Assembly (NCBI GenBank): GCA_963666985.2
Contig: CAXXIA010000002.1
Location: forward strand, 576,001-640,000
From: Spirochaetia bacterium
GTDB lineage: Bacteria > Spirochaetota > Spirochaetia > DSM-2461
Direction: 5' to 3'
DNA length: 64,000 nucleotides
In this document: positions 29,427 to 40,086 of the stretch, piece after piece
How the letters are laid out: each line of letters opens with the position of its first letter
Position numbering within the stretch: position 1 is the stretch's first letter
Notes under the pieces: generated by a model
The model's input: only the letters and a program-made list of their open reading frames with translations
The model's database searches: none
Told to the model about the DNA's origin: nothing
Program-made: the position numbers and the translations under genes

Positions 29427-29909
29427 TTATGCTTTCCAGAATCCCTTATGCGCTTTCTCCGCTTCGTCTTCCAGCAGAGGTCCGAGAACTTCGATATCCC
29501 GACGCCCATGAGCGAAGACTTCGCGGCAGGGCAGCTCCAAGGTTTCGTTGGTTTCATCGTCGCCGGTCAGGACAAAAAGACGTTTTTCGCTCAGTCCGTA
29601 AAGGACTCTTTTCACCCCGGCCCAGTACACCGCGCCCGAACACATCACGCAGGGCTCGGCGCTCGTGTACATCGTGCACGTTTCCAGGAAGGCTTTATCG
29701 AATTTCAAAGACGCCAGGCGCATCAGATTGGTCTCGGCGTGTCCTGTGGCGTCGCCGGTCATGCCCACCGTATTCTGAGTTCTCAAGATAACGCGTCCTT
29801 CGGCGTCGGCCAGTACGGCGCCGAACGGATGATTTCCCGCCGCGACGGATTTCTCGGATTCGGCGATAGCCGCCCGCAGACAGTCAAGATCATAAGGTCG
29901 CAGGTTCAT
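29427..29909 (-). CDS. Zn-dependent nucleobase/nucleoside deaminase (GuaD-like, CDA fold)
   Basis: 'HPFGAVL', 'HAE' and 'EPCVMC'; start ATG 29909 with AAGGAG RBS; last gene of the purine operon. Confidence 0.88.
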   Translation of the reverse strand: MNLRPYDLDCLRAAIAESEKSVAAGNHPFGAVLADAEGRVILRTQNTVGMTGDATGHAETNLMRLASLKFDKAFLETCTMYTSAEPCVMCSGAVYWAGVKRVLYGLSEKRLFVLTGDDETNETLELPCREVFAHGRRDIEVLGPLLEDEAEKAHKGFWKA

Positions 29910-30016
29910 GTACTCTCCTTTTCTCCGCACGGCGCCGCAAAGAGCACCGTGCATGACATTGCCGAATAAAAGAGGCCGGTTCCCGCAGGCGGTCCGCCGG
30001 GAAACCGAACGCCCCG

Positions 30017-30508
30017 TTACTTCAGCTTATCAAAAATTACGATATAGGTACCGTCCGCGATGGAACCAAGCGCGTCGATCCACCAGCGGCCGTTTTCCTT
30101 CACCACCCGAAACTCCATGGTTTCGCCCGGCAAACGGGAGGCGACGGTGCAATGCACGTTGCCCGCGGAGAGTTCCTCGTTGAAGACAATCTCGTCCGCA
30201 TAAATCCAAAGGGGCGTTAAGTAGGGGTAGGATCGTTCATGGGCGAAATTGGCGATGAAGCCTTCTTTGTCGATCATGTCCCGGTAGGCCGGAAGAAGCA
30301 GAGGATAGATGTCCCCAGGACGGTTGTAATCCAGGGCTTCGACAAAACGGTCCACCATTTTCTCGGCCCGGCGCTCATCCCGGCCGCCGGGGAGAGTCGC
30401 GCATCCGGAGAAAAGCAGGCCGCCGAGTAAAAATATCGTCGGTACCGTTATGGCGGACACACGGCGCAGCTTCGACCGCCGGGCCGCGGAACGCGCGCCC
30501 GGGGTCAT
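30017..30508 (-). CDS. Hypothetical lipoprotein (NTF2-like pattern)
   Basis: Lipobox 'FSGC'; 'VVKENGRWWI' strand-turn-strand; overlaps the permease stop. Confidence 0.7.
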   Translation of the reverse strand: MTPGARSAARRSKLRRVSAITVPTIFLLGGLLFSGCATLPGGRDERRAEKMVDRFVEALDYNRPGDIYPLLLPAYRDMIDKEGFIANFAHERSYPYLTPLWIYADEIVFNEELSAGNVHCTVASRLPGETMEFRVVKENGRWWIDALGSIADGTYIVIFDKLK

Positions 30509-31446
30509 TTATCACCTCTGAAATAGGGCACGGTGAAGGCCGAGGGAAAGGCCACTTTTTTAGAAACCAGCACCAGAACGATAATGGTTAAAACATAGGG
30601 CAGAGCCAAAAGGAACTGCGGCGGCACCCCCATGCCCATGGCCTGAAGCCGCATCTGCAGGGCGTTGGCCCCGCCGAATAGCAGAGCGGCCCAAAGCGCC
30701 CGGCGCGGATCCCATCGGGCGAAGATTACCACCGAAACCGCGATGAATCCCCGACCGGCGATCATGTGGTCCATGTAGGTATCCATGAAGCCCAAGGTCA
30801 TGAAGGCTCCGCCCAATCCGGCATACATGCCGCCGATCACGACGCAGGCGTACCGGATAAGGGCCACGCGGATTCCCTTGGCGTCGGCGGCTTTGGGGTA
30901 TTCCCCCACCGCTTTTACTTTAAGCCCGAAGACCGTTTTTTCCAGCACGATCCACGTTACGAAAACCAGAATCCATCCGAGATACACCAGGATATTATGG
31001 CTGAACAGAATGGGTCCTATCACGGGAATGTCGGAGAGAATCGGGAAGCGGATGGACTGAAAGGTTTCCACGATGGGCGGCAGTTTCCGGATTCCGAAGG
31101 CTTCCCTGTAAATAAACGACGCAAAACCGGTCCCCAAAATGGTAAGGGCCGTTCCGGCAATCACCTGATTGGCGCCCACGGTGATGCTTAAGAAACCCAT
31201 AATCAGCGAAAACACGGCCCCGCCCAGAACGGCGCAAAAGAGACCGAACCAGAGACTCCCGGAAAAGAAGGCGCCCATGAATCCGCAGAGGGCGCCCATG
31301 ATCATAAGGCCCTCCACTCCCAGATTCAGGATGCCCGAACGCTGGGTGTAGATTTCTCCCAAAGCCGGAATGAGAATGGGCGTGCTGATTCGGAGGGTTC
31401 CGGCCAGCAGGCTCACAAGAAAATCAACGGACCAAATTCCGGACAC
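30505..31446 (-). CDS. Nucleoside/purine ABC permease (NupC-like)
   Basis: 'RSGILNLGVEG', 'AVGEYPKAADAKG' and 'GRGFIA'; GTG start with AAGGAGG RBS. Confidence 0.93.
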   Translation of the reverse strand: MSGIWSVDFLVSLLAGTLRISTPILIPALGEIYTQRSGILNLGVEGLMIMGALCGFMGAFFSGSLWFGLFCAVLGGAVFSLIMGFLSITVGANQVIAGTALTILGTGFASFIYREAFGIRKLPPIVETFQSIRFPILSDIPVIGPILFSHNILVYLGWILVFVTWIVLEKTVFGLKVKAVGEYPKAADAKGIRVALIRYACVVIGGMYAGLGGAFMTLGFMDTYMDHMIAGRGFIAVSVVIFARWDPRRALWAALLFGGANALQMRLQAMGMGVPPQFLLALPYVLTIIVLVLVSKKVAFPSAFTVPYFRGDK

Positions 31447-32590
31447 GCCGAGCCTCCTTGAAACGGTCGAAGACCACACGGGAAATAATAAAGACGATAA
31501 TGAGACCCTGGATGATGCCCACCAGGGAATACGGCACGCCTTCGAAGCGCTGCATCGTGGCCCCGCCCACCACGAGCACGGAGAAAAAGAACGAGGCCGC
31601 GGTGATGCCCACCGGATTCAGTCCGCCGAGAAGTGCCACAACAACGGCGATGGTGCCCAAATCTCCGGAAAGATTTTCCTGGAGGCGGCCGTGAAGTCCG
31701 AAGGCATCCACCCACCCGGCGAAGGCGGCCACAGCGGCGGAAAGAGCCATGGCGGCAACGATGTTCTTCGATACCTTAACGCCGCTGGCCGCCGCCACTT
31801 CCGGGTTTTCGCCCACAAGGTCTATGCGGAACCCCGCCCGTGTACGCCAAAAAACGAAGGCGGCCGCCGCGGTGAGGAGGGCCGGGATGAGGCCGAAGTG
31901 AAGACGCGTTCCGGCAAGCAGGATCGGAAGCTTCATCGCCTCGGGAACCAGAGGGGTTTGGGGGAATCCGAATCCTTCGGGATCCATCATCGGTCCGTTC
32001 ACCAGCCAGCTGAGGAGCTGAACCATGATGTAGTTGACCATCAGCGTGGTGATGACTTCGTTGGCGTTCAGTTTCGCGCGAAGCAATCCCAAGCCTCCGC
32101 CGATCAGGATTCCGGCGGAGAGGGAAGCCAAAAGGGAAAGGGGAATCCGAAGGGCGATGGGCAAGGGAACATAAACCGCCACGGCCACCGCCGCGACGGC
32201 TCCGGCCGTGTACTGCCCGTTTCCGCCGATGTTCCAGAGCTTGCCGCGAAAAGCGACCGAGGTTCCCAGGGCCAGAATGAGGATGGGAACGGTCTTCACC
32301 AGGGTTTCGGCGAAGCGGTTTTTATTTCCGAAGGCTCCGTTCAGAAGGGTGGCATAGGCCCGCAGGGGATTATGCCCGGTTAAAGCCAGCAGAATGCCGC
32401 AGAGAAATAAAGCCAGCAGCACCGCGATGAGAGAGGGCCACATTCGTCCGGCGGCGGCCTCAAAGCTCTTTCCGAACGAAGCGCGGCCGGAGATGGGTGC
32501 AATCTTCTTTGAAGCCTGCTTCATCGGCGAGCTTGTTCCCGACGGCGAGCGGCCAGAGGCGCGCGCAATCTTCTTTAACGCCGGTTTCAT
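31424..32590 (-). CDS. Nucleoside/purine ABC permease (NupB-like)
   Basis: 'WNIGGNGQ', 'NEVITTLMVNY' and 'VALLG.LNP.G'. Confidence 0.93.
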   Translation of the reverse strand: MKPALKKIARASGRSPSGTSSPMKQASKKIAPISGRASFGKSFEAAAGRMWPSLIAVLLALFLCGILLALTGHNPLRAYATLLNGAFGNKNRFAETLVKTVPILILALGTSVAFRGKLWNIGGNGQYTAGAVAAVAVAVYVPLPIALRIPLSLLASLSAGILIGGGLGLLRAKLNANEVITTLMVNYIMVQLLSWLVNGPMMDPEGFGFPQTPLVPEAMKLPILLAGTRLHFGLIPALLTAAAAFVFWRTRAGFRIDLVGENPEVAAASGVKVSKNIVAAMALSAAVAAFAGWVDAFGLHGRLQENLSGDLGTIAVVVALLGGLNPVGITAASFFFSVLVVGGATMQRFEGVPYSLVGIIQGLIIVFIISRVVFDRFKEARRVRNLVR

Positions 32591-34218
32591 CGAAGCTCTC
32601 CTTCCGGTTCTCCCGGATTCAATTCATTTCCGGCGGCACGGCCGCTCTTCGAAGGCGCATCCGCCGATGTTCCCGCCGTTCGTTTCCTATCGTCCTCGTT
32701 CGTATCCGTAATACCGGCCATCAGCATACCCACTCGATTCCGCCCCTCTTCGGGTTTAACCACGCCGAGAATGCGGCCGTTGTACATCACCGCGATTCTG
32801 TCCGAAATCTGGAAGATTTCTTCGAGATCGGCGGAAACCATAAGCACCGCGGCGCCGGCGGCTTTCCGATCCAGCAGACACCGGCGGACGTATTCGGTAG
32901 CCCCGATATCCAATCCCCGCGTGGGATGTTCGGCGATGAGAAGCCGGGGATTTTCCCCCATCTCCCGGGCCAAAATGACTTTTTGCTGGTTCCCGCCGGA
33001 AAGGTTGCGCACCGGCTCCTCACCGCCTTGAGTTTTGATGGCGTAAGCCGCGATCATTTCGTCGGCCTGCTCCCGGATGCGGGCGGCCTTTAAAAGGAGG
33101 GGGCCGGAGATTTTTGGCGAATCGTAGTTTTTCAGAATAAGATTGCGCCGGATGTCCCAGTTCATCACCAGGCCGCTGCGCTGCCGATCTTCGGGGATGT
33201 GGCGCACCCCGGCACGGATGCGTTCTTTCGGACTCAAGGGGACCAGATTGATACCGTCGAAGACCATAGTACCCGATTCCGACTCCCGAACGCCGGTAAT
33301 CACTTGGCAGAGCTCTTTTTGACCATTGCCGTCCACGCCGGCCAAACCGAGAATTTCCCCTTCGCGGACATCCAGTGAAACACCGTCCAGGGCGGATAGG
33401 CCACGGTCGTCTCGCGCTTTGAGGCCGCTGATTTCCAAGACAACCCCGCCGGTCGGCGCTTTTTTCCCGGAAAAGTCGAACAGAACATCCCGGCCCACCA
33501 TCATGCGCGTCAGTTCCTTTTTTGTCGTATCCGCCGTTACCGTTGTCCGGCCGGTTACAACGCCGCTGCGCAGGATGGTTACCTCATCCGCGATGGAAAG
33601 GATTTCCTCAAGCTTATGACTGATCAGAACGATCCCTTTGCCGTCGTCACGAAGTGTTCGAAGAATGGAAAAAAGATCCTCGGACTCGCCGGGTGTGAGA
33701 ACGGCCGTGGGTTCGTCCAGAATAAGGATGTCCGCGCCCTGAAAGAGGGCCGTCAGAATCTCAACGCGCTGCTGTTCTCCTACCGAAAGACCGGAAACCG
33801 GCGCATCGGGATCCACATTCAATCGATAAACTTCCGAAAGCCGCACGATGTCGTCTCTCACCCGGCGGGAATCCAGGAAGGGAAACTTGGAGGAGGGAAC
33901 GCCGAGCATGATGTTCTCGGTAACCGTCAGGGTTCGCACCAGCATGAAATGCTGGTGGACCATGCCGATGCCCGCCTTCATGGCGTCCAGCGGTGAATGA
34001 ATGGAAGTTTCCTTTTCGCGAAGAAAAATCTTCCCGGAGTCCGGGCGGTACAAACCGAAGAGGATGTTCATCAGCGTGGTCTTTCCGGCACCGTTCTCTC
34101 CGAGCAGACCGTGGACGCTTCCGGGATACAGAGTGAAATCCACGGAGTTATTCGCCGGAACCTCCGAGAAGGACTTGGTAATGCCGCTGAGACGAACGAG
34201 TGGGCGATTCATTTCCAA
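32587..34218 (-). CDS. ABC ATPase with two NBDs (NupA-like)
   Basis: 'GENGAGKTT', 'GMVHQHF', 'LDEPT' and 'LSGGNQQK'. Confidence 0.96.
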   Translation of the reverse strand: MEMNRPLVRLSGITKSFSEVPANNSVDFTLYPGSVHGLLGENGAGKTTLMNILFGLYRPDSGKIFLREKETSIHSPLDAMKAGIGMVHQHFMLVRTLTVTENIMLGVPSSKFPFLDSRRVRDDIVRLSEVYRLNVDPDAPVSGLSVGEQQRVEILTALFQGADILILDEPTAVLTPGESEDLFSILRTLRDDGKGIVLISHKLEEILSIADEVTILRSGVVTGRTTVTADTTKKELTRMMVGRDVLFDFSGKKAPTGGVVLEISGLKARDDRGLSALDGVSLDVREGEILGLAGVDGNGQKELCQVITGVRESESGTMVFDGINLVPLSPKERIRAGVRHIPEDRQRSGLVMNWDIRRNLILKNYDSPKISGPLLLKAARIREQADEMIAAYAIKTQGGEEPVRNLSGGNQQKVILAREMGENPRLLIAEHPTRGLDIGATEYVRRCLLDRKAAGAAVLMVSADLEEIFQISDRIAVMYNGRILGVVKPEEGRNRVGMLMAGITDTNEDDRKRTAGTSADAPSKSGRAAGNELNPGEPEGELR

Positions 34219-34285
34219 CCTTTTCTTCCTGCTTTTAAGTCCCGCCCCCGCGGAAGTGTTCCCTGCGGGAACGGGACGGAAAAGA

Positions 34286-34328
34286 GACGCGGGCGATGAG
34301 TGACCTGCGAAGACCGTTCGCCCGCGTC
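34286..34328 (-). other. Stem-loop just downstream of the BMP gene
   Basis: gacgcgggcga…tcgcccgcgtc perfect 11-bp inverted repeat; a second imperfect hairpin lies at 34239-34277. Confidence 0.7.
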
Positions 34329-34339
34329 CGGTCTATGCG

Positions 34340-35353
34340 TCAGCTCTGGGGCTCGAAATGCGGGATTTCGATGCTGCCGTCCGTAATGCCCGCCTTGGCG
34401 TCGAGAACGGCCTGCTTCACCTCTTCGGGAACAAAATTCTCGAAGTTGTGATAAGGACACAGCTGAATACCGCCGTTGGCCACCGACAGCCAATAGAACT
34501 TCTCATCACGGTTGGTGAAATTATCGTTCATGATGTCGCCGACGATGGAATCGATAACGGGGAACCAATCGTACTGAATGCCCGAAACCATGTTCTCAGG
34601 AGCAATCACGAACTGATCCACCACGTTGCCCATGGCCATTTTGCCTTCGGTTTTGGCGGCGTTGACCACACCCAGACCGATACCGTCGCCGGAATGCCAG
34701 ATGATGTCGACGCCGGAGTCGTACATGCCGGTGGCTCCGTCCTTGGCCGCGGCGGCATCCCGCCAGTCGCCGGTGTAGAGTTCCTGAATTTCAACGTCGG
34801 GATTCACGGTCTTGGCCGCGAGTTTATAGGCTTCATGGCCCCGGTAAATCTCGGAAACCGCCGCGCCGCCGACAACGCCGATCTTGTTCGTTTCGGTAAG
34901 AAGTCCGGCCAGGACGCCCATCATGTATCCGGCGCCCCCCAAAGTAACGTCGTAGACGCACGTGTTGGGCAAGGTTTTAAAGCCGGTCCCCAGGGCGAAA
35001 TTCACATCGGGATATTCGGCCGCGACCGTAACGATGGGCTCCATGAACTGAAAGCCGTGGCCGAAAATCAGGTCGTACCCCTCGGCCGCGAAATCACGAA
35101 GAGCCGGTTCGATGTCGGCCACTTCATAGACTTCTTCCACGTACGTAACCGCGACTTTATCGCCGTACTTTTCTTCGACGGCCTTCATGCCGTCGTACAT
35201 GGCCTGGTTCCAGGACACATCGTCGATCTTGCCGGGAAGAATGAGAGCGATCTTCAGCGCGTCATTCTTTGTTTCAGCCTCTCCGGAACCTCCGGCAAAG
35301 GCGGCCGAGGCGAACATCGCCAGCAATCCTAAAATAAACAGAGTCCTTTTCAT
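34340..35353 (-). CDS. BMP-family purine/nucleoside-binding protein
   Basis: 'DDVSWNQ', 'GYDLIFGHGFQF' and 'TETNKIGVVGG'. Confidence 0.94.
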   Translation of the reverse strand: MKRTLFILGLLAMFASAAFAGGSGEAETKNDALKIALILPGKIDDVSWNQAMYDGMKAVEEKYGDKVAVTYVEEVYEVADIEPALRDFAAEGYDLIFGHGFQFMEPIVTVAAEYPDVNFALGTGFKTLPNTCVYDVTLGGAGYMMGVLAGLLTETNKIGVVGGAAVSEIYRGHEAYKLAAKTVNPDVEIQELYTGDWRDAAAAKDGATGMYDSGVDIIWHSGDGIGLGVVNAAKTEGKMAMGNVVDQFVIAPENMVSGIQYDWFPVIDSIVGDIMNDNFTNRDEKFYWLSVANGGIQLCPYHNFENFVPEEVKQAVLDAKAGITDGSIEIPHFEPQS

Positions 35354-35457
35354 TCCTTAACACTCCTTTGGTGTTATATTTCAGGATTCCCGCGTTTTTA
35401 GCGCTGAATCCCGTTTTCCCGTTCAAGGCGGCCGGCGCCGTCGCATGTGCGAGACGC

Positions 35458-37791
35458 CTATGCCGTGCCTTTTCCGGTTTTGGTTGTCTTCCTGATGCGC
35501 TCGGCCTCCAAGGCCACGGCTTCCGGAGTCGCGGGATTCGAAAGACGGCTTTCAACCGCCCCGCCTCCGAAAGCTTCCAGCGCATGTTTGACGGCGAAAT
35601 AGGCCGCCAGACCGTAAAGAAGCGGCGGCTCGCCGATTCCCTTGGAACCGAAAATGCTTGCATGTTCGTTCCGGGAGGAATAAAGGTCCACCGAATAGTC
35701 TTCCGGCAGATCCGAAAAGGCCGGAACTTTATAGGTGGAAAGAGAATCGGCCATCGGTCGGCCTTGCCCATCGAACCGCAGATCTTCCATGGTGCATAAG
35801 CCTACGCCCTGAAGGAATCCTCCGGTTATTTGTCCGCGGTCGATGGCCTCGTCGAGGATTTCGCCCCCTTCATGAACGATATGAGCACTCTTCATTTCAT
35901 ATCCGCCGGTCAGAAGGTCCACCTCGGCCATCACCACGGCTTCGCCTAAGCTGAAATACGCGAAGGGAGTCCCCTTTCCGGCCTCCATGTCGTAGCTCAG
36001 TCCCGGAGTGGCGAAATGGGACTGCGCTCCGAGGTTATAGCGGTTGAAATAAGCGAAAGAGGCCAGAGCCTCGAAGGTTCTTTTTTCATCCGCCAGACGC
36101 TTATCCCAGCAATAATCGTCCTCGAATTCAATGTATTCCGGCGTCGGAGCGAGACCGACTTCCTCATGCAGCATCTGCGATGCGGCTTTGCGGAGTTCGG
36201 CGCGAATATCCTTTGCCGCCAGATAGGCGGCGTATCCGTTGATATCGGTTCCCGACGAGGCCGCCGTCGACGCCACGCTGCCGATACGGAGCGTATTGGT
36301 CGTTTCGCATTTAATCCGTTCTTCCCGAACACCGAGCGTTCGGGCAACAATCCGCGCCACTTTTCGGAACAAGCCCTGCCCCATCTCCACGCCGCCGTGA
36401 CTCAGGCTGATGCTGCCGTCCATGTAAACCCAGATAAGGGCATTTCCCTGATTCAGGAACGTGGCGGTGAAGGCGATACCGTATTTCACCGGCAAAAGGC
36501 CCACACCGCGCTTTTTATGATGATTAACCGCATTAAACGCTTCCGCCTCGGCCAGAAGCTCTTTGTATTTCGGAAGCGCCCGATCCAGGATTTCACCGCT
36601 GAAGGCTTCGTAAACCCGCTGTCCGTACGGCGTTTCCTCACCGTCCCGGTAGAAATTAATCCGCTGGATTTCGGCGAGATCCTTCCCGAGGGTTCGGGCC
36701 GCGCGGTCCATGATGCTCTCGATAACGAAGGAAGCCTGGGGAGCCCCGAAACCGCGAAAGGCCGTATTCGAGGGAAGATGAGTCTTGCACCCCCGACCGA
36801 TAATCCGCGTATTCCGAATAGAATAGGGACCGTCCACGCCCAGCATGGCCCGTTCCACGATGGGGATGGTGAAGTCTTCGAAAGCGCCGCCGTTGGCGTT
36901 GAGTTCCACATCCAGAGCCAGGATGCGGCCCTCTTTGGAAAATGCCGCCCTGTAGTCCGTAAGAAACGGATGGCGTTTCCCGGTCCAGGCCAAATCATCT
37001 TTGCGATCCAATTCGATGCGGCAGGGCAGTCCGGTCGCCCACGTTCCCAGAGCCGCGACGGCGGCCCACATCGTTCCGCCCCGTTCCTTGCCCCCGAAGG
37101 CGCCTCCCACCCTCATTAAATCCACTTCAACCGAATGATTCGACAGGCCCAGGACATTGGAAACCGCATCCTGGACATCCGTTACCCCTTGAGTGGCCGA
37201 ATGGATCAGAAGGCTTCCGCCCGACTTAGGGATGGCCAGAGCCCGCTGTGTTTCCAGATATAAATGTTCCTGGGCTCCGGATTCCAGCGTTCCTTCCAAA
37301 ACAAAATCCGCTTCGGCAAAGGCCTTTTCCAAATCGCCCGTATGGATTTCCAAAGGAGGTCTGTAAAGGCTCCCGGCGGCAACGGCTTCCCGAATCCCGA
37401 AAATCGGCTCCAGAATCTCAATGTCGATCTCGGCGAGATGAGCGGCATACCGAGCGGTCTCGGATGTATCGGCCAGGACAATCCCCACGGGCTGCCCGAC
37501 GTAGAGAACCTCGTTAAAAGCCAGCAGCGGTTCTTCGTCTCGGCGGGAAGCACCGATGCCGTTCTTTCCGGGGATGTCGCCCGCCAGAAGAACCCGCCGA
37601 ACACCGGGAACCGCCTGTGTGCGGGAAACATCGATACCGCGAATCAGACCATGGGCCGCCGGAGAAACGATGGGATAGGCATGAACCATATCGGCGAAAT
37701 TAAGGCCTTCGCCGATATAGCGTTCCCGGCCTGTAACCAAAAGAAGCTTGCTCTCGGCATCGGCGCTACGGCGCCCTCTCTTCGGATTCAC
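35458..37791 (-). CDS. xdhB: Xanthine dehydrogenase, molybdopterin subunit
   Basis: 'QEHLYLE', 'GGAFGGKE', 'AFRGFG', 'EMGQG', 'TAASSG' and catalytic 'GEPP'. Confidence 0.92.
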   Translation of the reverse strand: MNPKRGRRSADAESKLLLVTGRERYIGEGLNFADMVHAYPIVSPAAHGLIRGIDVSRTQAVPGVRRVLLAGDIPGKNGIGASRRDEEPLLAFNEVLYVGQPVGIVLADTSETARYAAHLAEIDIEILEPIFGIREAVAAGSLYRPPLEIHTGDLEKAFAEADFVLEGTLESGAQEHLYLETQRALAIPKSGGSLLIHSATQGVTDVQDAVSNVLGLSNHSVEVDLMRVGGAFGGKERGGTMWAAVAALGTWATGLPCRIELDRKDDLAWTGKRHPFLTDYRAAFSKEGRILALDVELNANGGAFEDFTIPIVERAMLGVDGPYSIRNTRIIGRGCKTHLPSNTAFRGFGAPQASFVIESIMDRAARTLGKDLAEIQRINFYRDGEETPYGQRVYEAFSGEILDRALPKYKELLAEAEAFNAVNHHKKRGVGLLPVKYGIAFTATFLNQGNALIWVYMDGSISLSHGGVEMGQGLFRKVARIVARTLGVREERIKCETTNTLRIGSVASTAASSGTDINGYAAYLAAKDIRAELRKAASQMLHEEVGLAPTPEYIEFEDDYCWDKRLADEKRTFEALASFAYFNRYNLGAQSHFATPGLSYDMEAGKGTPFAYFSLGEAVVMAEVDLLTGGYEMKSAHIVHEGGEILDEAIDRGQITGGFLQGVGLCTMEDLRFDGQGRPMADSLSTYKVPAFSDLPEDYSVDLYSSRNEHASIFGSKGIGEPPLLYGLAAYFAVKHALEAFGGGAVESRLSNPATPEAVALEAERIRKTTKTGKGTA

Positions 37792-39278
37792 GCCGCACCC
37801 CCTTCCGAAACGGCTGCGACGGCATTCATATGTTTGATAACATGATTTCGAATCATCAGACGCCGATAGTCTTCCGATCCTCGGATATCCGAAATAACCG
37901 GAAATCCCGCCGCCAGTTCCTCCGCGCAGTTTCCGACCGCTTCATCATCGGGCCGGCCGTGAAGCGCGGCGACATCGGGAATAACGACGGGTGTCGGTCC
38001 CGCGCCTCCGAAGGCGATTCGGCAGAGTGCGACGCCGTCCGCATCCAATGTCGCCGCAAGGCAGGAACTCAAACCGGAGATATCAACACTCTTTCTCTTC
38101 GAAGATTTCTCAAAAAAGCCGACGGTATTCTTAGCGCGCGGCAGAATGATCGACGCGATCACCTCTCCGGCGGTCAAAGCCGTTTTCTTGTAGCCGAGGA
38201 AAAAATCCGCGAGAGGCACAATCCGCGTACCCGCCGAACTTTTCAGTTCCAAAGACGCATTCAATCCCAAGAGAATGACGGATAAGTCACCGACGGGAGA
38301 GGCATTGCCGATATTCCCGGCCACGGTGGCTGTGTTCCGAATCTGCCGGGAAGCGATCAGTCCTTCCGACGCCGCGATAACGGGAAAAGCCTTTCGAATC
38401 TCCGGATGTTCCATGAACCGCGTTACGGACACCGCCGCGCCGATCCGAATCGATTCGGAACCGGCTTCCAGGGCGTTCCATCCTTTTACGGAACCGATAT
38501 CAACGAATCGGCGGATTTTCGAACCTCCCGCGTTCATCCGTACATAAACGTCGGTGCCGCCGGCGATGAATTCATAATCTTCCGAAATACCGCCCAAAAG
38601 GCTGAAAAGCGCCTCTTCCGTTTCCGGCCGGTCATAAACCGCCGGAGAATAAGGAAGAACCGCGGAACGTAACGGTCCGTAGGGCATTGATGCGGAAGAG
38701 ATGGTTTCGGGCGGCGGAAATCCTTCTTTCAGCGCCTCTTCGACGCGTTTCGCATATTTCGGAAGGACTGTTGCATCACCGTCCTTCAATCCGGTACGAA
38801 CCGCTCGTCCGGCATTCCTGATACCTTCATAACCCGTACACCGGCAGATGTTCCCATCCAAAGCCATCGCGAGATCTTCGTCGGAAGGATCGCGGTCTCC
38901 GGCGAAAAGGCAGAACATCGACATGACAATACCTGGAGTGCAAAAACCGCACTGAACGCCGTGCTTATCGATGATTCTTTCCTGTACGGGATTCAGGGCG
39001 TCCGCTTCGGCCAAACCCTCAACGGTAATCAGGTGCTTCCCGTGAAGCTTCACCGCCGGATAAATACAGGAAGCGGCGGCTTCGTATGTAAACCGACCAT
39101 CACGCCAAACGCCCAAAGCCACCGTACAAGCACCGCAGTCCCCTTCCCGGCATCCGGCTTTGGTTCCGAAGAGCTTATGCTGTTCATGCAGAAGATTCAG
39201 AACAGTCGCTCCCGGAGCAACGGGATGCGCCTGTTCTTCCCCGTTCAGGAAATATCTGATGAATAATCCGTTTTCCAT
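37788..39278 (-). CDS. xdhA: Xanthine dehydrogenase, 2Fe-2S/FAD subunit
   Basis: 'GCREGDCGACTV', 'QCGFCTPG', 'CRCTGY', 'AGGTD' and 'QIRNTAT.AGN'. Confidence 0.93.
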   Translation of the reverse strand: MENGLFIRYFLNGEEQAHPVAPGATVLNLLHEQHKLFGTKAGCREGDCGACTVALGVWRDGRFTYEAAASCIYPAVKLHGKHLITVEGLAEADALNPVQERIIDKHGVQCGFCTPGIVMSMFCLFAGDRDPSDEDLAMALDGNICRCTGYEGIRNAGRAVRTGLKDGDATVLPKYAKRVEEALKEGFPPPETISSASMPYGPLRSAVLPYSPAVYDRPETEEALFSLLGGISEDYEFIAGGTDVYVRMNAGGSKIRRFVDIGSVKGWNALEAGSESIRIGAAVSVTRFMEHPEIRKAFPVIAASEGLIASRQIRNTATVAGNIGNASPVGDLSVILLGLNASLELKSSAGTRIVPLADFFLGYKKTALTAGEVIASIILPRAKNTVGFFEKSSKRKSVDISGLSSCLAATLDADGVALCRIAFGGAGPTPVVIPDVAALHGRPDDEAVGNCAEELAAGFPVISDIRGSEDYRRLMIRNHVIKHMNAVAAVSEGGAA

Positions 39279-39289
39279 GCAATTCCCGC

Positions 39290-40060
39290 TTATGAAAGAT
39301 AGACGTCCTGCCGGCGAAGCAGACTCAGATTGACGTATTCGGTATCCATGAACGCGTCGACATGCATTACGGGCTTGTTCTTCGCCGTGTAATACACCGA
39401 TTCCAAAAGAAGCAGCGGTTTATCCCCTACAATCCGGTACAGCTGCCCATGATCCGGAAGCTTCGCGGACGTTGTGGCTTTAACCTGAACGATGTCGTGG
39501 GTTACGATAATCCCGGCGTGTTCGAGCAGATATTCAAAAGTGGACTGCGCCAAATCCCCTTCCCGGATACCGCCGCCGATCAGACTCTCGGCAAAAAAAT
39601 CTTCGCAATAAATAACAGGCATGCCGTCGGCATAAAAAATCTTTTTAGCACAGACGATACGGTCTTCCTCGTCCAGCCGGAGTCCTTTCCGAATCCGCGC
39701 TTCGCCCGAATCAACGGTGACTTCCACCAATTCCACGCTGGATTCATACCCGTTTTTCTCTATGGCCTGTCCGAATTCCACGGCCGGGCTCAGCGTGACT
39801 TTCATTCCCATGGCCTCCATGTTGATGAAAGTCCCCTTTCCCTGAATCTTGTAAATAATCCCTTCCTGCTCCATCTCGGTTAAAACATCTCGGACCGTTA
39901 TACGGCTCACACCGAGTTTCTCGGCCAGTTCATGCTCACCGGGAAGCTGTGTCTTTTTTTCCTTAACCAAGAGATGAACGATTTTTTTGAGGGAGCGTCG
40001 GACCTCAAATTTCAATGAAATATTCTGAATCGGATTAATTTCCATTTTCCCCGCTCTCAA
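39290..40060 (-). CDS. GntR-family regulator (HutC/UTRA type)
   Basis: 'LPGEHELAEKLGVSRITVR...GKGTF' plus a UTRA-like C-domain. Confidence 0.93.
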   Translation of the reverse strand: MRAGKMEINPIQNISLKFEVRRSLKKIVHLLVKEKKTQLPGEHELAEKLGVSRITVRDVLTEMEQEGIIYKIQGKGTFINMEAMGMKVTLSPAVEFGQAIEKNGYESSVELVEVTVDSGEARIRKGLRLDEEDRIVCAKKIFYADGMPVIYCEDFFAESLIGGGIREGDLAQSTFEYLLEHAGIIVTHDIVQVKATTSAKLPDHGQLYRIVGDKPLLLLESVYYTAKNKPVMHVDAFMDTEYVNLSLLRRQDVYLS

Positions 40061-40086
40061 AAACCGACATTACCGTCATGTTGTTT

